64,000 bases of DNA from positions 192,001-256,000 of the forward strand of contig OZ242005.1 of NCBI GenBank assembly GCA_965204725.1. Reading direction: 5' to 3'. The stretch is from Candidatus Latescibacterota bacterium. GTDB lineage: Bacteria; Latescibacterota; UBA2968; UBA8231. Shown here piece after piece: positions 25,571 to 35,790 of the stretch. Every line of letters begins with the position of its first letter. The stretch's first letter is position 1. The translations under genes were made by a program, and so were the position numbers. The notes below the pieces were generated by a model. That model had not been told where the DNA came from. It saw only the letters and a list, made by a program, of their open reading frames with translations, and ran no database searches.

Positions 25571-28084
25571 TCAATACACCACGTGAACGAGGCGCGTTAT
25601 CTGGGTTCGCACGTTGCGGCGCGCATCCGCCTGAACCGCCACTCGCACGATATACGTCCCCGGCCGCACCCGCTCGCCCGCGTCATTGACCCCGGCCCAA
25701 GCGACTGAGTATTGGCCGCTCGCCCGGGCGCGCCCCTGCTCCAGCGTCCAAACGCGCCGACCGGCCAGATCGTACACCGAGACGATTGCGGCCTCGGCTC
25801 CGTCCAAGCGCAGCACTTCAAAGCCAATCCGCGCGGCGTCGTTGATCCCATCGCCATTGGGCGTCACGGCCTTGGGAACTAGCGTCAGGTGCGCCAATCC
25901 CGCCGGTCCCGAGGGCACCAGCACCCGGAGGACGCCGCTTTCCACTTCGGCCACAGCCTCTTGATCGGCTTCAACCAATTGCCAAGTGCCCGAATCGGCG
26001 CGGTTGCCCACCCGCCCGGCAAAGGAAACGCCGTGGCCAAACAGGGAGGTCCATACATCAAGGGCTACGATCTCGTCGCGGCCCACCGCAGCGGGCAGCC
26101 GCACCCACAGGGAGTCGGCCGCCGTCTCGCGCACCTCCACTTCCTCTAAACCGAGCGCTTGGCCCCCGCCGGCCGCTACGGCTGCGGCCGCGCCGAGGCG
26201 AACCGCCCGCAGCGACAGCGGCGTCTCCCCGGAACTGACCAACAACACCTCGTCAATGCCCGGATCGCCCGGCCGCCGCACCGGTCGCACGAAAAAGGTC
26301 AGGGGCATATCCTCGCCCGGGCGTTCCACCCGCACCGGAAAGACCTCGCCCAAGGCCCGGCCCACCCAGGGTTGGGAAAACGACACCGCCAACCGCCGCA
26401 ATAAGACGGCATGTTGCGGGTCGTCGCTGCTCAGCCGCACTTGGGTCTTGAGGAAGCGGCGCGGCGATGGCGAAGTGATGACTTGGCCCGACCGCAGGTG
26501 CGGCTTGCTCCAAGGGCTCCAAGTCTCCTCGTCAACGACCAACACATTGAGCGAATCCCCCCGGAGCGCGGCAATCAGCTTGTGGTACGCTTTTTTATCG
26601 ACTTCGGCCCCGTCGCTCCGGTAGTAGGTAGTGTTGACTTTGGTCTGATCGCCGGTGCGGGTGGCGACCTCAATGCGCGTGCCGGGCGGGATGTCGGCGT
26701 CCCAGTGGAGCGCGGTCAAATTCCGGCTGCTGCTCAAGTCGATCAACGGCGATTCCAACACCACCTCCGGCTGATAGCCCTCGCCGTAGGCCTGTAGTTC
26801 GGACCAGCCGGCTCGGCTCCCCCCTCGGCCCACCAGATAGTCGAAGGCGATGTAGCGGACCTTTTGCAGCGCAAAGCGCACCGCTTGGAACCGAGGCTGG
26901 CGAAAGGCCCGCCGCTCTTCGACTTGCACCCACTGCAAGCTCCCGTCCGGCGCGAGCGAACCGTCCGACAGCTTCATCCGATAGTTGCCCAACGTACCGC
27001 CGGCACTGCGGGCGGCGGGCGGCAAAAAGTGGAATAGGTCCAGCCAGTACAAAGCCCCTAGGTCAAAGAGGACTTGCCGTTCGGGCTGGGCCGCCTCGCG
27101 GGTGTAACTCTGTTGCAGCCCGTACCAAGTGGTGTAGTCCCCATCGAGGCTGCGGGTGGGATTAAAGCCGTGCCCTTCCACCGTGCCACCCCGCTGAATC
27201 GCCCCCAGCGCTATGTTCTCGCCCAAGGTCCAGACCTCGACCTCGGCGAGGCGCGGTTGTTCGCGGCGGTAATAGCGGATTGAGCCTTGCTCAGCCGGGT
27301 CGAGCAGCGCATAGGCTTCCTCGTCGAGTAGCCACTCGGTCCCGGTGCGGCTGCGGCCAAAGTACTCCACGGCACCCTGTAGCTCCGCGGGCAAACTCTG
27401 GTAGGTCGAGCGGTCCACTTCCCCGGCCTTGCCCAAGCGGCTGTCCGTCATCACCACCTGCACAAAGCGAAAGGCATCGCCGATAAAATGGGGATCGGCC
27501 TGTTGGAAGGGCTGGAGGTCAAAAGAAAATTCGCGTTGATCCACATTGGGCCGCTCGGTCTTGCCGACCAAGTGATAATCGAGATTGTCGCCTACTTTGC
27601 CCTCGCCGTCGGCCACCATCAGGCGAAATTGGTAAAAGGGATCGCCCTCGCCAGCATTGGCAAAGCGCAACACAATGCGCTGGGCCGAAACGATCCGCCC
27701 CAAGTCAATCGCCACCCACCACAGATCCGGTGGATCGTCTAGATCAGGCTCCCAATAGGTATCGACCTGACCGTCGAGGAGGTGCGCGGCCCCGGCCAAG
27801 CCCGATCCAGCCGCTAGGATCCCCCCCTCCTTTTCGTCCTCGTCGGCCCCCAAGGGAAAGCGGTGGGCATTGAGGCTGGCGTTGAGTTCCGCCGCCACAA
27901 AGTGCGGCCGAGCGCCCTCGGAGTCGATATCGACCGTGCCAAAGGGGAACAGCCATTGCCGCCACTGGTCCGCGCCGTGCGTGATAATGCGGTCGCCTTG
28001 AATAGCGTACCCCTCCTCGGCCGCTGCGGCCCGGCAACCGAGCGCGACGACCAAAATCCAGATCGCCCAATGCCTGCTCGCCAT
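25571..28084 (-). CDS. Secreted protein with discoidin-like domains and C-terminal FlgD-Ig/T9SS type B-like domain
   Basis: RBS AGGAGG; signal peptide; IDLGR; TPNGDGIND...YDLAGR...PGTY...VHVVY. Confidence 0.8.
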   Translation of the reverse strand: MASRHWAIWILVVALGCRAAAAEEGYAIQGDRIITHGADQWRQWLFPFGTVDIDSEGARPHFVAAELNASLNAHRFPLGADEDEKEGGILAAGSGLAGAAHLLDGQVDTYWEPDLDDPPDLWWVAIDLGRIVSAQRIVLRFANAGEGDPFYQFRLMVADGEGKVGDNLDYHLVGKTERPNVDQREFSFDLQPFQQADPHFIGDAFRFVQVVMTDSRLGKAGEVDRSTYQSLPAELQGAVEYFGRSRTGTEWLLDEEAYALLDPAEQGSIRYYRREQPRLAEVEVWTLGENIALGAIQRGGTVEGHGFNPTRSLDGDYTTWYGLQQSYTREAAQPERQVLFDLGALYWLDLFHFLPPAARSAGGTLGNYRMKLSDGSLAPDGSLQWVQVEERRAFRQPRFQAVRFALQKVRYIAFDYLVGRGGSRAGWSELQAYGEGYQPEVVLESPLIDLSSSRNLTALHWDADIPPGTRIEVATRTGDQTKVNTTYYRSDGAEVDKKAYHKLIAALRGDSLNVLVVDEETWSPWSKPHLRSGQVITSPSPRRFLKTQVRLSSDDPQHAVLLRRLAVSFSQPWVGRALGEVFPVRVERPGEDMPLTFFVRPVRRPGDPGIDEVLLVSSGETPLSLRAVRLGAAAAVAAGGGQALGLEEVEVRETAADSLWVRLPAAVGRDEIVALDVWTSLFGHGVSFAGRVGNRADSGTWQLVEADQEAVAEVESGVLRVLVPSGPAGLAHLTLVPKAVTPNGDGINDAARIGFEVLRLDGAEAAIVSVYDLAGRRVWTLEQGRARASGQYSVAWAGVNDAGERVRPGTYIVRVAVQADARRNVRTQITRLVHVVY

Positions 28085-28132
28085 AGAAATCCTCCTAAGT
28101 ACGCGACACTTACTTTGAACTCGCTGCGTCCG

Positions 28133-28159
28133 GGATCGAGGGCAAGATGCCCTCGATCC
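28133..28159. repeat. Perfect 12-bp intergenic hairpin (REP-like or mRNA-stabilising)
   Basis: GGATCGAGGGCA-AGA-TGCCCTCGATCC; no U-tract. Confidence 0.7.
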
Positions 28160-28175
28160 TTGGGAAGCTGTTTTC

Positions 28176-30905
28176 CTACTCCAGACCCGCGTAGAACGAG
28201 ACAAAGACGAGGCTGCCGGTCTGAGTCTCAGCAGTGCGACTAACGCGCTCAAACTGGTCCCGATCAAAGCGCAGGCCGCACTGCATGATGGAGCGGTAGC
28301 CCAAGTACGTGCCGTAATGGGTCAGCTCAATCGCCACAACCGTCTGCTGGCCATCGCCCGTGCGCTCGCCCGCGGCCCTCTGCTGGGGGGCTGCGGCTAG
28401 GTCGGTGGTGAAAACCTGTTCGACGCCCGTCTCAATCCACGACTCCCTGAAAACGGGGAACCGCACGCTGAACGACAGGAGCTGTTTCCACCACTGCCGC
28501 TCGCTCTCTCGCTGGAGATAGGGGACATCCCAGAACAACTCGTTTTTGAGGCGCGGCCGGAGGTGGACTCGGCCCATGTTGCGGCCGTACTCGGCCTTGT
28601 TGACCACGCCCCAAAAGTGCCCCCGGCGCCGGGCGCCGCGCTCGGTGAGCACTGGCTGCGCGTCGCGCTGGTGAAAAACCTCGTACTTGAACTTGTTGAT
28701 GACCTCCAGCGACTGTAGGCCCGTGTAATCAAACCCCAGCCACGCGGTGTTGATCCAAGTGTTTTGGGCCGCTAGCGGGTCCGCTACCAAAGCCTGCTGA
28801 TCGCCCAGCGCCAGCGGGGCCGCCAAGCGGTCGTCCGCTATATTGTCGCGCACCTTCTTTAGCTGCTCAAAGAAGCGCAGGCGACCTATGCCGGGCCAGT
28901 CTTGCTCTAGGACGAAAAGGCCGTACGCGGCCTCGCTGCGCCGCTTGCTCGACAACTGCCACTGCTGCGTCTGCCCCGCGAGCAGGCGCACCTTGGGCAC
29001 GATGTCCACGCCGCCGTACACATTGTATCCCCGCAGATCCCGGTCGTAGGGATAGTCCGGGTCTGCGTCGTCCTCAAAGCGGTCAACCCAGCCGTTGTTG
29101 TTCATGTCGAGGCCAAAGAGGAACTCGGGGCGATCGACGTTGAAGCGCAAAAAGGGCTCCTCGTAATCGGCCAGTGCATTGCGGCGCGTCGGCGTATCAT
29201 TCTGATTAAAATCGGAGATGAAATCGCCATTCTCGTCCCACCCGGGGAACACGGCTGGATCGGCCGCTCCCTCGCCCGTGGAAAGGGTTTGCCCCAACCG
29301 CGAGGATTGCCACCGCCGCTTTTGATCCGGGAAGCGATCCAAATCGTCGTTGTCATCGACATAGTCGTATAAAAAGGACGCTTGATCGACGTAATCGACG
29401 CGCCCGTTGGTCTCGGTCATAAAGACGCTGGTGGTGTAATCCGGGTCCATACTAAAGACTTCGCCGTGCAAAAAATAGGGCACTCGCCTATGCGCGAACT
29501 CCACCATCCACGCCGCGGCCCGGCGAGCAGAGGTTCGGTGGGTCGTCAGCAGAGGGCTGGGGTACTGGGCAAAGCGGTGGTTCACGTTTAATTCGGCGTA
29601 CACGTCAAACCCCCACAGTTGGCGCACCTCTAAGGTGAGGCCGGCGAGCTGATTGGCCGTGGGTAAGCCGTAGTCAAACCGGACGGTGCGCCGATTGGAC
29701 GTATCGCCGACATTGCCCGGGGCGCGCTCGACCAAGAGAAAGACCGGCTGCGCCTCTATATTGGTCTGGCGGTTTGAAGCGACCTCGACCCGATAATCAT
29801 TGGCCAAGGCCAATTCAAAGCGCACCTCCGCGAGGGAATCGACCGTCGTTGGCTGCCAGGTAGGCTCGCCATCGACCACCACGACCCGCGCCGCGGCCAA
29901 GGCTTCGAGATTGTAGCGCAGCACCATGCGGTCGCCGCCATCGGCCACGGCAAAACCGTCGCGCAATTCGCCGCCCGTGCGCGCCGGCGCGTACCCGACC
30001 TGAGCGCCGTTCCACTGATGGCCGAGAACGTCCTTGAGGATGATATTCTCGGCAAAGAGAACGGCCCCATTCTCGCCGTCTTCGGGCGAATCGTCGCCGA
30101 GGCGCACCTCGACAAACGTGACCGCGTTGCTGGCTTGGTCGGTGGTGAGAAACCCCTTGAACATATTGCCGGCAAAGCGCTCCAAGGTGGCGCGGCTGTT
30201 GTGGCTGTTGACGTACGTCCCGCCGACCGTGAGGTGATCTCCTAGCTGGGCGGTGAGACGCCCGGCGGTCAATTCGGTCGCATTGGTCAGCCCCACGTCA
30301 AACGACGAGGTCGTGACCAGCGGCGCGCTGATCCGCGACAACAGCACCGTGCCCGCGTAGCGGTTTTGCAGATAGTGAAACTGGACGCCGTTGAAGGCGG
30401 CCTTGCGGAACGTCATCGGCGTGAGGGTAGTGGCTATTTCATCGCCTATGGTCAGGGAGAAGTGGTGCTGCCCCTTGGAGTCGGAGGCGATGATCAGGTT
30501 CTGGAAATTGCCGCCGTAGGGCAGGCCCTTGAGCAGGCTGTTGCCCTCCGAAGCTCTGGGCTGTTCCTTTCTCGCCTCATACACCAACCACCCGTGCATC
30601 ACGCGGCGGCCAAACAAGTCGTAGAAGTAATCTCCTTCGAGCGTGGCCGATAAATAGCTGCGATAGAAATTCCGCGCATAATTGGTGTATTCCCACTGCT
30701 TTAGGCGGTATTCGCGGTACAGCTCTTGGGGCATGTACCACTTCTGCACCCGCGGATCAATGGCGTTGATGAGCGTGCTGCGGCTGCGGGTGACGTATTG
30801 CAGCCCGACGCCGTGCCCCTGCCCCAAGCGATTGCCGTATTCCTCGGCGTAGAGGCCGCCGCCGAGTGACGACAGGGCGAGTATGGCAATGACCGCCCGG
30901 GGCAC
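28176..30905 (-). CDS. 909-aa exported hypothetical protein, putative outer-membrane beta-barrel
   Basis: Signal peptide; alternating aromatic beta-strand pattern; Asp/Asn-rich loops; ends FVSFYAGLE. Confidence 0.7.
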   Translation of the reverse strand: MPRAVIAILALSSLGGGLYAEEYGNRLGQGHGVGLQYVTRSRSTLINAIDPRVQKWYMPQELYREYRLKQWEYTNYARNFYRSYLSATLEGDYFYDLFGRRVMHGWLVYEARKEQPRASEGNSLLKGLPYGGNFQNLIIASDSKGQHHFSLTIGDEIATTLTPMTFRKAAFNGVQFHYLQNRYAGTVLLSRISAPLVTTSSFDVGLTNATELTAGRLTAQLGDHLTVGGTYVNSHNSRATLERFAGNMFKGFLTTDQASNAVTFVEVRLGDDSPEDGENGAVLFAENIILKDVLGHQWNGAQVGYAPARTGGELRDGFAVADGGDRMVLRYNLEALAAARVVVVDGEPTWQPTTVDSLAEVRFELALANDYRVEVASNRQTNIEAQPVFLLVERAPGNVGDTSNRRTVRFDYGLPTANQLAGLTLEVRQLWGFDVYAELNVNHRFAQYPSPLLTTHRTSARRAAAWMVEFAHRRVPYFLHGEVFSMDPDYTTSVFMTETNGRVDYVDQASFLYDYVDDNDDLDRFPDQKRRWQSSRLGQTLSTGEGAADPAVFPGWDENGDFISDFNQNDTPTRRNALADYEEPFLRFNVDRPEFLFGLDMNNNGWVDRFEDDADPDYPYDRDLRGYNVYGGVDIVPKVRLLAGQTQQWQLSSKRRSEAAYGLFVLEQDWPGIGRLRFFEQLKKVRDNIADDRLAAPLALGDQQALVADPLAAQNTWINTAWLGFDYTGLQSLEVINKFKYEVFHQRDAQPVLTERGARRRGHFWGVVNKAEYGRNMGRVHLRPRLKNELFWDVPYLQRESERQWWKQLLSFSVRFPVFRESWIETGVEQVFTTDLAAAPQQRAAGERTGDGQQTVVAIELTHYGTYLGYRSIMQCGLRFDRDQFERVSRTAETQTGSLVFVSFYAGLE

Positions 30906-30907
30906 GG

Positions 30908-33637
30908 CTAGAGACCCAGCCCGGCGTACACCGTGATGAAGGTCGTGAAGCCGGTCGAGGTCCTGTTCCCCAAGCCGAAATCATTGGCTTTCTCTTCGAC
31001 GATCTCCGCCGCTCGGCACTCGTATTGGAAACCGAGCTGGGTGATCAGTTTATAGCCCAAATAATCGCTGATGTTGGTCGCCTGAATCGCCAGAATCGTC
31101 TCGCGCTGATCCCCGGTATCCACCCCCTCGGCCCCGGTCGCCACGAGGGCCGCTTCGTCGCGGCGCAACTCCCAGCGATAATTTTGCTCCAAGCCCGCTT
31201 CGATCTGGGTGCGCGGCATCAGCGGCAGGCGGGTAATAAAAAACAGGCTCGGAGTCCACTGCTTGCGCTCGTCTTCGGCCCGCAGAAAGGGCGAGTCAAT
31301 CAGGTACTCGCTTTTGACCCGAGGCATCAGCTCCACCCCGGCTAGGGCGAGGGAATACTCGGCCTTATTGATCAGCCCGAAAAAGCGCGAATCTCGCCGC
31401 GCCCCCCGCTCGGCCAAGACCTCATCGTCGAGCAGTTGGTGGAAAAGTTCCCACTTGAGCTTGTTTTCCACCACGAGGTTGGCCGTGCCCGTGTACTTAA
31501 AGCCCAGCCACACCGTGTTGATCCACGTGTCTTGGGCCGGCAGCACATCTTGGACGGGCAACTGCGGCCCGCGAAAAAAGGGCAGGGGCGCGATGCGGTC
31601 GTCGGCAATGGTGTCGCGCGCCCGTTTTAGGTGTTCAAAGACCCGGACGCGCCCCAAGCCGGCGATGTCCTTGTCCAAGGTGAAGAGGGCATAACTAGTC
31701 TCGCTGCGCTGTGCCGCCGAGATCAACCACTGCCGGGTCCGCCCCGCCGTCAGCCGAATCTCCGGCGTCAGGTGAACGCCGCCGTAGGCGTTGTACCCCC
31801 GATGGTCGCGCTTGTAGGGGAAGTCGGGCTCGGTGTCGTTTTCAAAGCGGTCGATCCAGCCGTTGTTGTTGAGATCAATGCCAAAGAGAAACTCGGGGCG
31901 GTCGCTGTGATAGCGCAGGAAGGGTTCTTCGTAATCGGGCAACTGGTTCTCGCGCGTGCGGTTGTCGTTTTGGTTGAAGTCGTTGATGAAATCGTTGTTT
32001 TCGTCCCAGCCGGGAAAGACTTCGATATCGGGGCCGGCTTGGTTGGCTCGCCCCCAGTCGGGCGTGCGGTCTTGGTCGTCGTTGTCCTCGACGAACTCGA
32101 AGAAGCGGTTGTGGGTCGCATAGTCAATGACGCCCCGCTGGTCGCTGAGAAAAATGCTGGTCGCGTAGTCTTTGCCCATGCTGAATGCTTCGCCATAGAC
32201 AAACCACGGATAGGCGTTTTTCGCCGCGTTCAGCATCCACGCATCGGCCCGCCGCGAAGCCGCGTGGTGGTCGCCTTCGACATTGGGGTTGGGGTATTTT
32301 CTGAATTGGTGGTTGACCGCGTATTCGGCATAAGTGTCAAAGCCCAAGAAGCGAGTCGTCGCGAGGTGGAAACCGAAAATTTGGTTGGCAGTGGGCAGGC
32401 CGTAGGCAAAGCGCACGAGCCGCTGGTTTGACGTGTCGCGCACATTGCCGTCGGCCCGGGCGATGAGCAGGGGATGGAATTCGCCGGCGCGGCTCAGTTG
32501 GCGATTGGAGGCCATGGACACCTTGTAGTCGTTGGCCAGCACCAACTCGAACGTCACCTCGACAATGGTCGAGGGGTCTGGCCCCAAATAGGCGCGGTCG
32601 GAAAAATCGTAGATGAGGCGAATGGCCTCGTCCCCGTCCGCGGCCAAAAAGCCCCCCGGCCGCTGGAAACCGCCTTGGACGAGGGGCGTGAAGTTGATCT
32701 CCTTGCCGGTGACGGTTTCGCGCTCGCCGGTGTTGAAGTCGCTAATGGCCGTGATGATGATGTTTTGCGAAAACAGCGCGGCCCCACCCCGGCTGTCGGC
32801 GGGCGAGTCGTCTTCGAGCAAAATTTCAATGCGGGTGACGGTGCTGCTGTTTTGATCGACGGTCAAATCGCCTTGGGCGCGCCCGCCGAGAAAGCTCTCC
32901 AACAGGGTATTGGACTGGTGGGCGTTGACATAGGTGGCACCCAAGGAGACGAAATCGCCCACCTGAGCGGTGAAGTGGCCGCCGAGAAAGTCGGTGGTAT
33001 TCGACACGCCCGTAGGCACGGCACCGACCGCGACGCCCACTTGGTTGGGGGCACTGATGCGCGACAACAGCACGGTGGCTTGGTATTTGTCCGCGGCGAA
33101 ATCGGCCTCAATGCCATTGAAGGCCGGCTTGGAAAAAGTTAGGGGCGTCAGGGTCGTGCGAATGCTGTTGCCAATGGTCACCGCGTAGTGGTTTTGGCCC
33201 TTGCTGTCGGAGGCGATCAAGACGTTGTTGAACCACGAGCCATAGCGGCTGTCCTTGAATACGGTGCTGCCGAACTCGGCCGGTTGTTGCCGGCGCATGT
33301 CGTATATCAGCCAGCCTTGGGTGACAAAATTGCCGTATAGGTCGTAGAAGTAATGGCCCTCAATGGCCGTGTTGACGTAGCGCTGGTAATTCTCGCGGGC
33401 GTAGTTGTTGTACTGCCAAGGCCGCCAGCGGTACTCGTTGTAGAGTTCTTGGGGGACGTACCAGCGTTTGAGGGTGGGGTCGAGGGCGTCAAAGAGCACG
33501 CCCGGGCCGCGAGGTTCATAAGACACCCGACCGCCGCGCTGCACCCCGAGGCGCGAGCCGTAATCCTGCGCTTGGAGCCAAGCGGGACTCAGCAAGCAGC
33601 AAAGGAGCAGGAAAGCCAACCCGAACCGGCTAGACAT
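30908..33637 (-). CDS. 909-aa exported hypothetical protein, paralog of 28176-30905
   Basis: Shared WYxPQELYxEYR, IASDSKGQ, YGLPTANQ, FPGWDENxDFIxDFNQND; ends FITVYAGLGL. Confidence 0.7.
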   Translation of the reverse strand: MSSRFGLAFLLLCCLLSPAWLQAQDYGSRLGVQRGGRVSYEPRGPGVLFDALDPTLKRWYVPQELYNEYRWRPWQYNNYARENYQRYVNTAIEGHYFYDLYGNFVTQGWLIYDMRRQQPAEFGSTVFKDSRYGSWFNNVLIASDSKGQNHYAVTIGNSIRTTLTPLTFSKPAFNGIEADFAADKYQATVLLSRISAPNQVGVAVGAVPTGVSNTTDFLGGHFTAQVGDFVSLGATYVNAHQSNTLLESFLGGRAQGDLTVDQNSSTVTRIEILLEDDSPADSRGGAALFSQNIIITAISDFNTGERETVTGKEINFTPLVQGGFQRPGGFLAADGDEAIRLIYDFSDRAYLGPDPSTIVEVTFELVLANDYKVSMASNRQLSRAGEFHPLLIARADGNVRDTSNQRLVRFAYGLPTANQIFGFHLATTRFLGFDTYAEYAVNHQFRKYPNPNVEGDHHAASRRADAWMLNAAKNAYPWFVYGEAFSMGKDYATSIFLSDQRGVIDYATHNRFFEFVEDNDDQDRTPDWGRANQAGPDIEVFPGWDENNDFINDFNQNDNRTRENQLPDYEEPFLRYHSDRPEFLFGIDLNNNGWIDRFENDTEPDFPYKRDHRGYNAYGGVHLTPEIRLTAGRTRQWLISAAQRSETSYALFTLDKDIAGLGRVRVFEHLKRARDTIADDRIAPLPFFRGPQLPVQDVLPAQDTWINTVWLGFKYTGTANLVVENKLKWELFHQLLDDEVLAERGARRDSRFFGLINKAEYSLALAGVELMPRVKSEYLIDSPFLRAEDERKQWTPSLFFITRLPLMPRTQIEAGLEQNYRWELRRDEAALVATGAEGVDTGDQRETILAIQATNISDYLGYKLITQLGFQYECRAAEIVEEKANDFGLGNRTSTGFTTFITVYAGLGL

Positions 33638-33643
33638 GCTTGC

Positions 33644-35764
33644 TCAGTACGCCACGCTAACGAGGCCGGTTTTGGCCGCGGCGCCGACATTTGTATCGAG
33701 CGAGACGCGGACCAAATAGATGCCGGGCGCGACCACCGCGCCGTTGCCATCGCGCCCATCCCAAGCGGCGGCAAAGCGGCCGCTAGCCCGGTGGTCCGCA
33801 AAGGGCGCGGCGACGAACCGACCGCTCAAATCGCGGATCTCCACCCTGAGCGGCGCGCCTACGCCCAGCCGCAGCACCTCAAAATGGACCGCAGCCGCCT
33901 CGTTGACGCCGTCGCCGTTGGGGGTAAAAACTGCGGGGGTCACGTGAAGCCGCCCCAGCAGCGATCCCCTTATGGCGATGCGCACCGCCAAGTTGTTATC
34001 CACTGCGGTCAAATCCTCGCTGCCCACCGGGCGCGGATCCACGTCTTCGGCCCCGAGTTGCGCCGCATTGCCCGGCACCACCGCCTGCGGCAACGGCCCG
34101 TCGCCCGTCGCGGCCGGGTCGACCAGCCAAGCTCGACCGGCAAACCCCTGTCCAAAGCGCAAGACCGAAGTCGTGAACGAAATTTTGAGCAAATCGCCAT
34201 CGCCGACCGGGGGGAAGCCGACGACAAAGCGGCCGGGCGCAACGCTCTCAATGCTGAACTCGCCCACGCGCAGCGGCAAGTGCGCCTCGGCGAGGACCGC
34301 GTCAAAATCCGCCCCGGCGATTGGCTCGTCTTGGGCATTGAGCACCTCGATGCGGCCGATTTTTTCAAAGACGCTCGGCGAGGATATTTCAAAGCGATTG
34401 AAACCCGTATCCTGCGGCCGAACTCCCACCCGCGCTCCATAGGTGAACTCCACCACCTCCCCGGCCGCGACCTCGCGGGGGAAAATTTCGCCGACGATTT
34501 TTTCGGCCGGCACGGGGCGGGCCAGATCAAAGGACAGGGAGCCTACCCCGGCCGCGGCGAGAAAATCGCGGCTGACAAAATCAATCCTGAACTGGAAGTA
34601 CTGCCGCGGACCGGGTGAGACAATGGGCGTACCGGCCGGGGTCGTTCCCGCGGGCGGATAGGGGGGTGACCAGTTGCTCCAGTTGATTAGGTCGTCTCTT
34701 ATGGGTGCTTTTTGCTGGAGGGGCAGGCTGGCGTGATCGGCCTGTGAGAGCGCGAGGGCTTGCCGGACGGATTCGGGTTGGGAATTGTACTGGTCGAAAG
34801 CCTCGTCTAGGGGCAGGTCGTCGAGCAAGACGCCGTTGATTGCGGCCGCCTGCTGCCAAGGCACTTCCTGCAAGTCGGGGTTGAAGCGATTGAAGACAAA
34901 GGGCGTCGGGTCGCGGCCGGAACGGGTGAACACGCGAACATCCGACAGGCCGGCTAGGCCCTCGCGCCGCTCGCTCCAGCGCACCTGGCCCCAGTTGGCT
35001 AAATCGCCCAGATCGAAGATGTCCGACAAGTACTGGGCTTCGGGCACGAAGCCCGCGCCGAATAGTTCCAACTCATCGACTTCAAAGCCGATATTGGACA
35101 GCGACACCAAGCGCACGTAGCGCACGAATTGCAGGGGTAGGGACCAATCGACGACGGCCTCGGTGTTGTCCTCGACCCGCACGAAGGTAGTGTACTGCGG
35201 GCGGCCTTCCACCGACGTTTCCTCGCTGCCGTCGTTGAGTTGGAGGGCATAGCCGCGCATGAAGTCGTTTTCAAACTTGAACTCCGCACTAGGGCGAATG
35301 GTGTTGCGCGGGAAAAAGCGGATTCGGTTCACGCCAAAGCGCGCCCCCAAATCCAAGTCCATGATGATGCCGCGGGCGATGACTACTTCCCCGGCCGCGC
35401 TGGCCTTGCGGCGAAAGGCCGTTTCTGCATCCTCGTCAATCATGGCCGCCAGCGACGCCGCGCTGATCGAGGGCAGGGGCGAATTCATGCCGCCCCCCCG
35501 GTCGGACGCGCCGAGTGCCAGATTCCGCCCGGGGTCAATCTGTTGCGGGAAAATCCACCCCTCGGCAAACGCAAAGTCAATGACGCCGCCCGGCGTATTG
35601 CCAACGGCCAACTCGGTATTGGACAAGCGGAATTGCGGCGCAATTTCGTCCCCCCCGTCCAACCACGCCCGCCCACCTTGCCCCAAGGCAATGGTCTGTG
35701 CTGGGGCATCGGCGGCCAACGACAGCAACGCCGCGGCGAGAAGGCCGTACCTTTTCCTGCTCAT
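33644..35764 (-). CDS. Secreted protein with C-terminal FlgD-Ig/T9SS type B-like domain
   Basis: Signal peptide; DLGARFGVNRIRFFPR; GEIFP; TPNGDGVNE...WDGRD...VSVAY. Confidence 0.8.
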   Translation of the reverse strand: MSRKRYGLLAAALLSLAADAPAQTIALGQGGRAWLDGGDEIAPQFRLSNTELAVGNTPGGVIDFAFAEGWIFPQQIDPGRNLALGASDRGGGMNSPLPSISAASLAAMIDEDAETAFRRKASAAGEVVIARGIIMDLDLGARFGVNRIRFFPRNTIRPSAEFKFENDFMRGYALQLNDGSEETSVEGRPQYTTFVRVEDNTEAVVDWSLPLQFVRYVRLVSLSNIGFEVDELELFGAGFVPEAQYLSDIFDLGDLANWGQVRWSERREGLAGLSDVRVFTRSGRDPTPFVFNRFNPDLQEVPWQQAAAINGVLLDDLPLDEAFDQYNSQPESVRQALALSQADHASLPLQQKAPIRDDLINWSNWSPPYPPAGTTPAGTPIVSPGPRQYFQFRIDFVSRDFLAAAGVGSLSFDLARPVPAEKIVGEIFPREVAAGEVVEFTYGARVGVRPQDTGFNRFEISSPSVFEKIGRIEVLNAQDEPIAGADFDAVLAEAHLPLRVGEFSIESVAPGRFVVGFPPVGDGDLLKISFTTSVLRFGQGFAGRAWLVDPAATGDGPLPQAVVPGNAAQLGAEDVDPRPVGSEDLTAVDNNLAVRIAIRGSLLGRLHVTPAVFTPNGDGVNEAAAVHFEVLRLGVGAPLRVEIRDLSGRFVAAPFADHRASGRFAAAWDGRDGNGAVVAPGIYLVRVSLDTNVGAAAKTGLVSVAY

Positions 35765-35790
35765 GCGTTTCCTTCTCTAAAGCGGCGCGC

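Noticed and set aside
28176-33637. Identical length (909 aa) of the two paralogs as a meaningful signal
   Set aside because: They have different indels, so equal length is probably chance.
33353-34618. 421-aa plus-strand ORF and similar long antisense ORFs (e.g. 16683-17804 alternate frame, 10833-11807)
   Set aside because: Shadow ORFs typical of GC-rich coding DNA; Arg/Pro/Ala-rich with no motifs.
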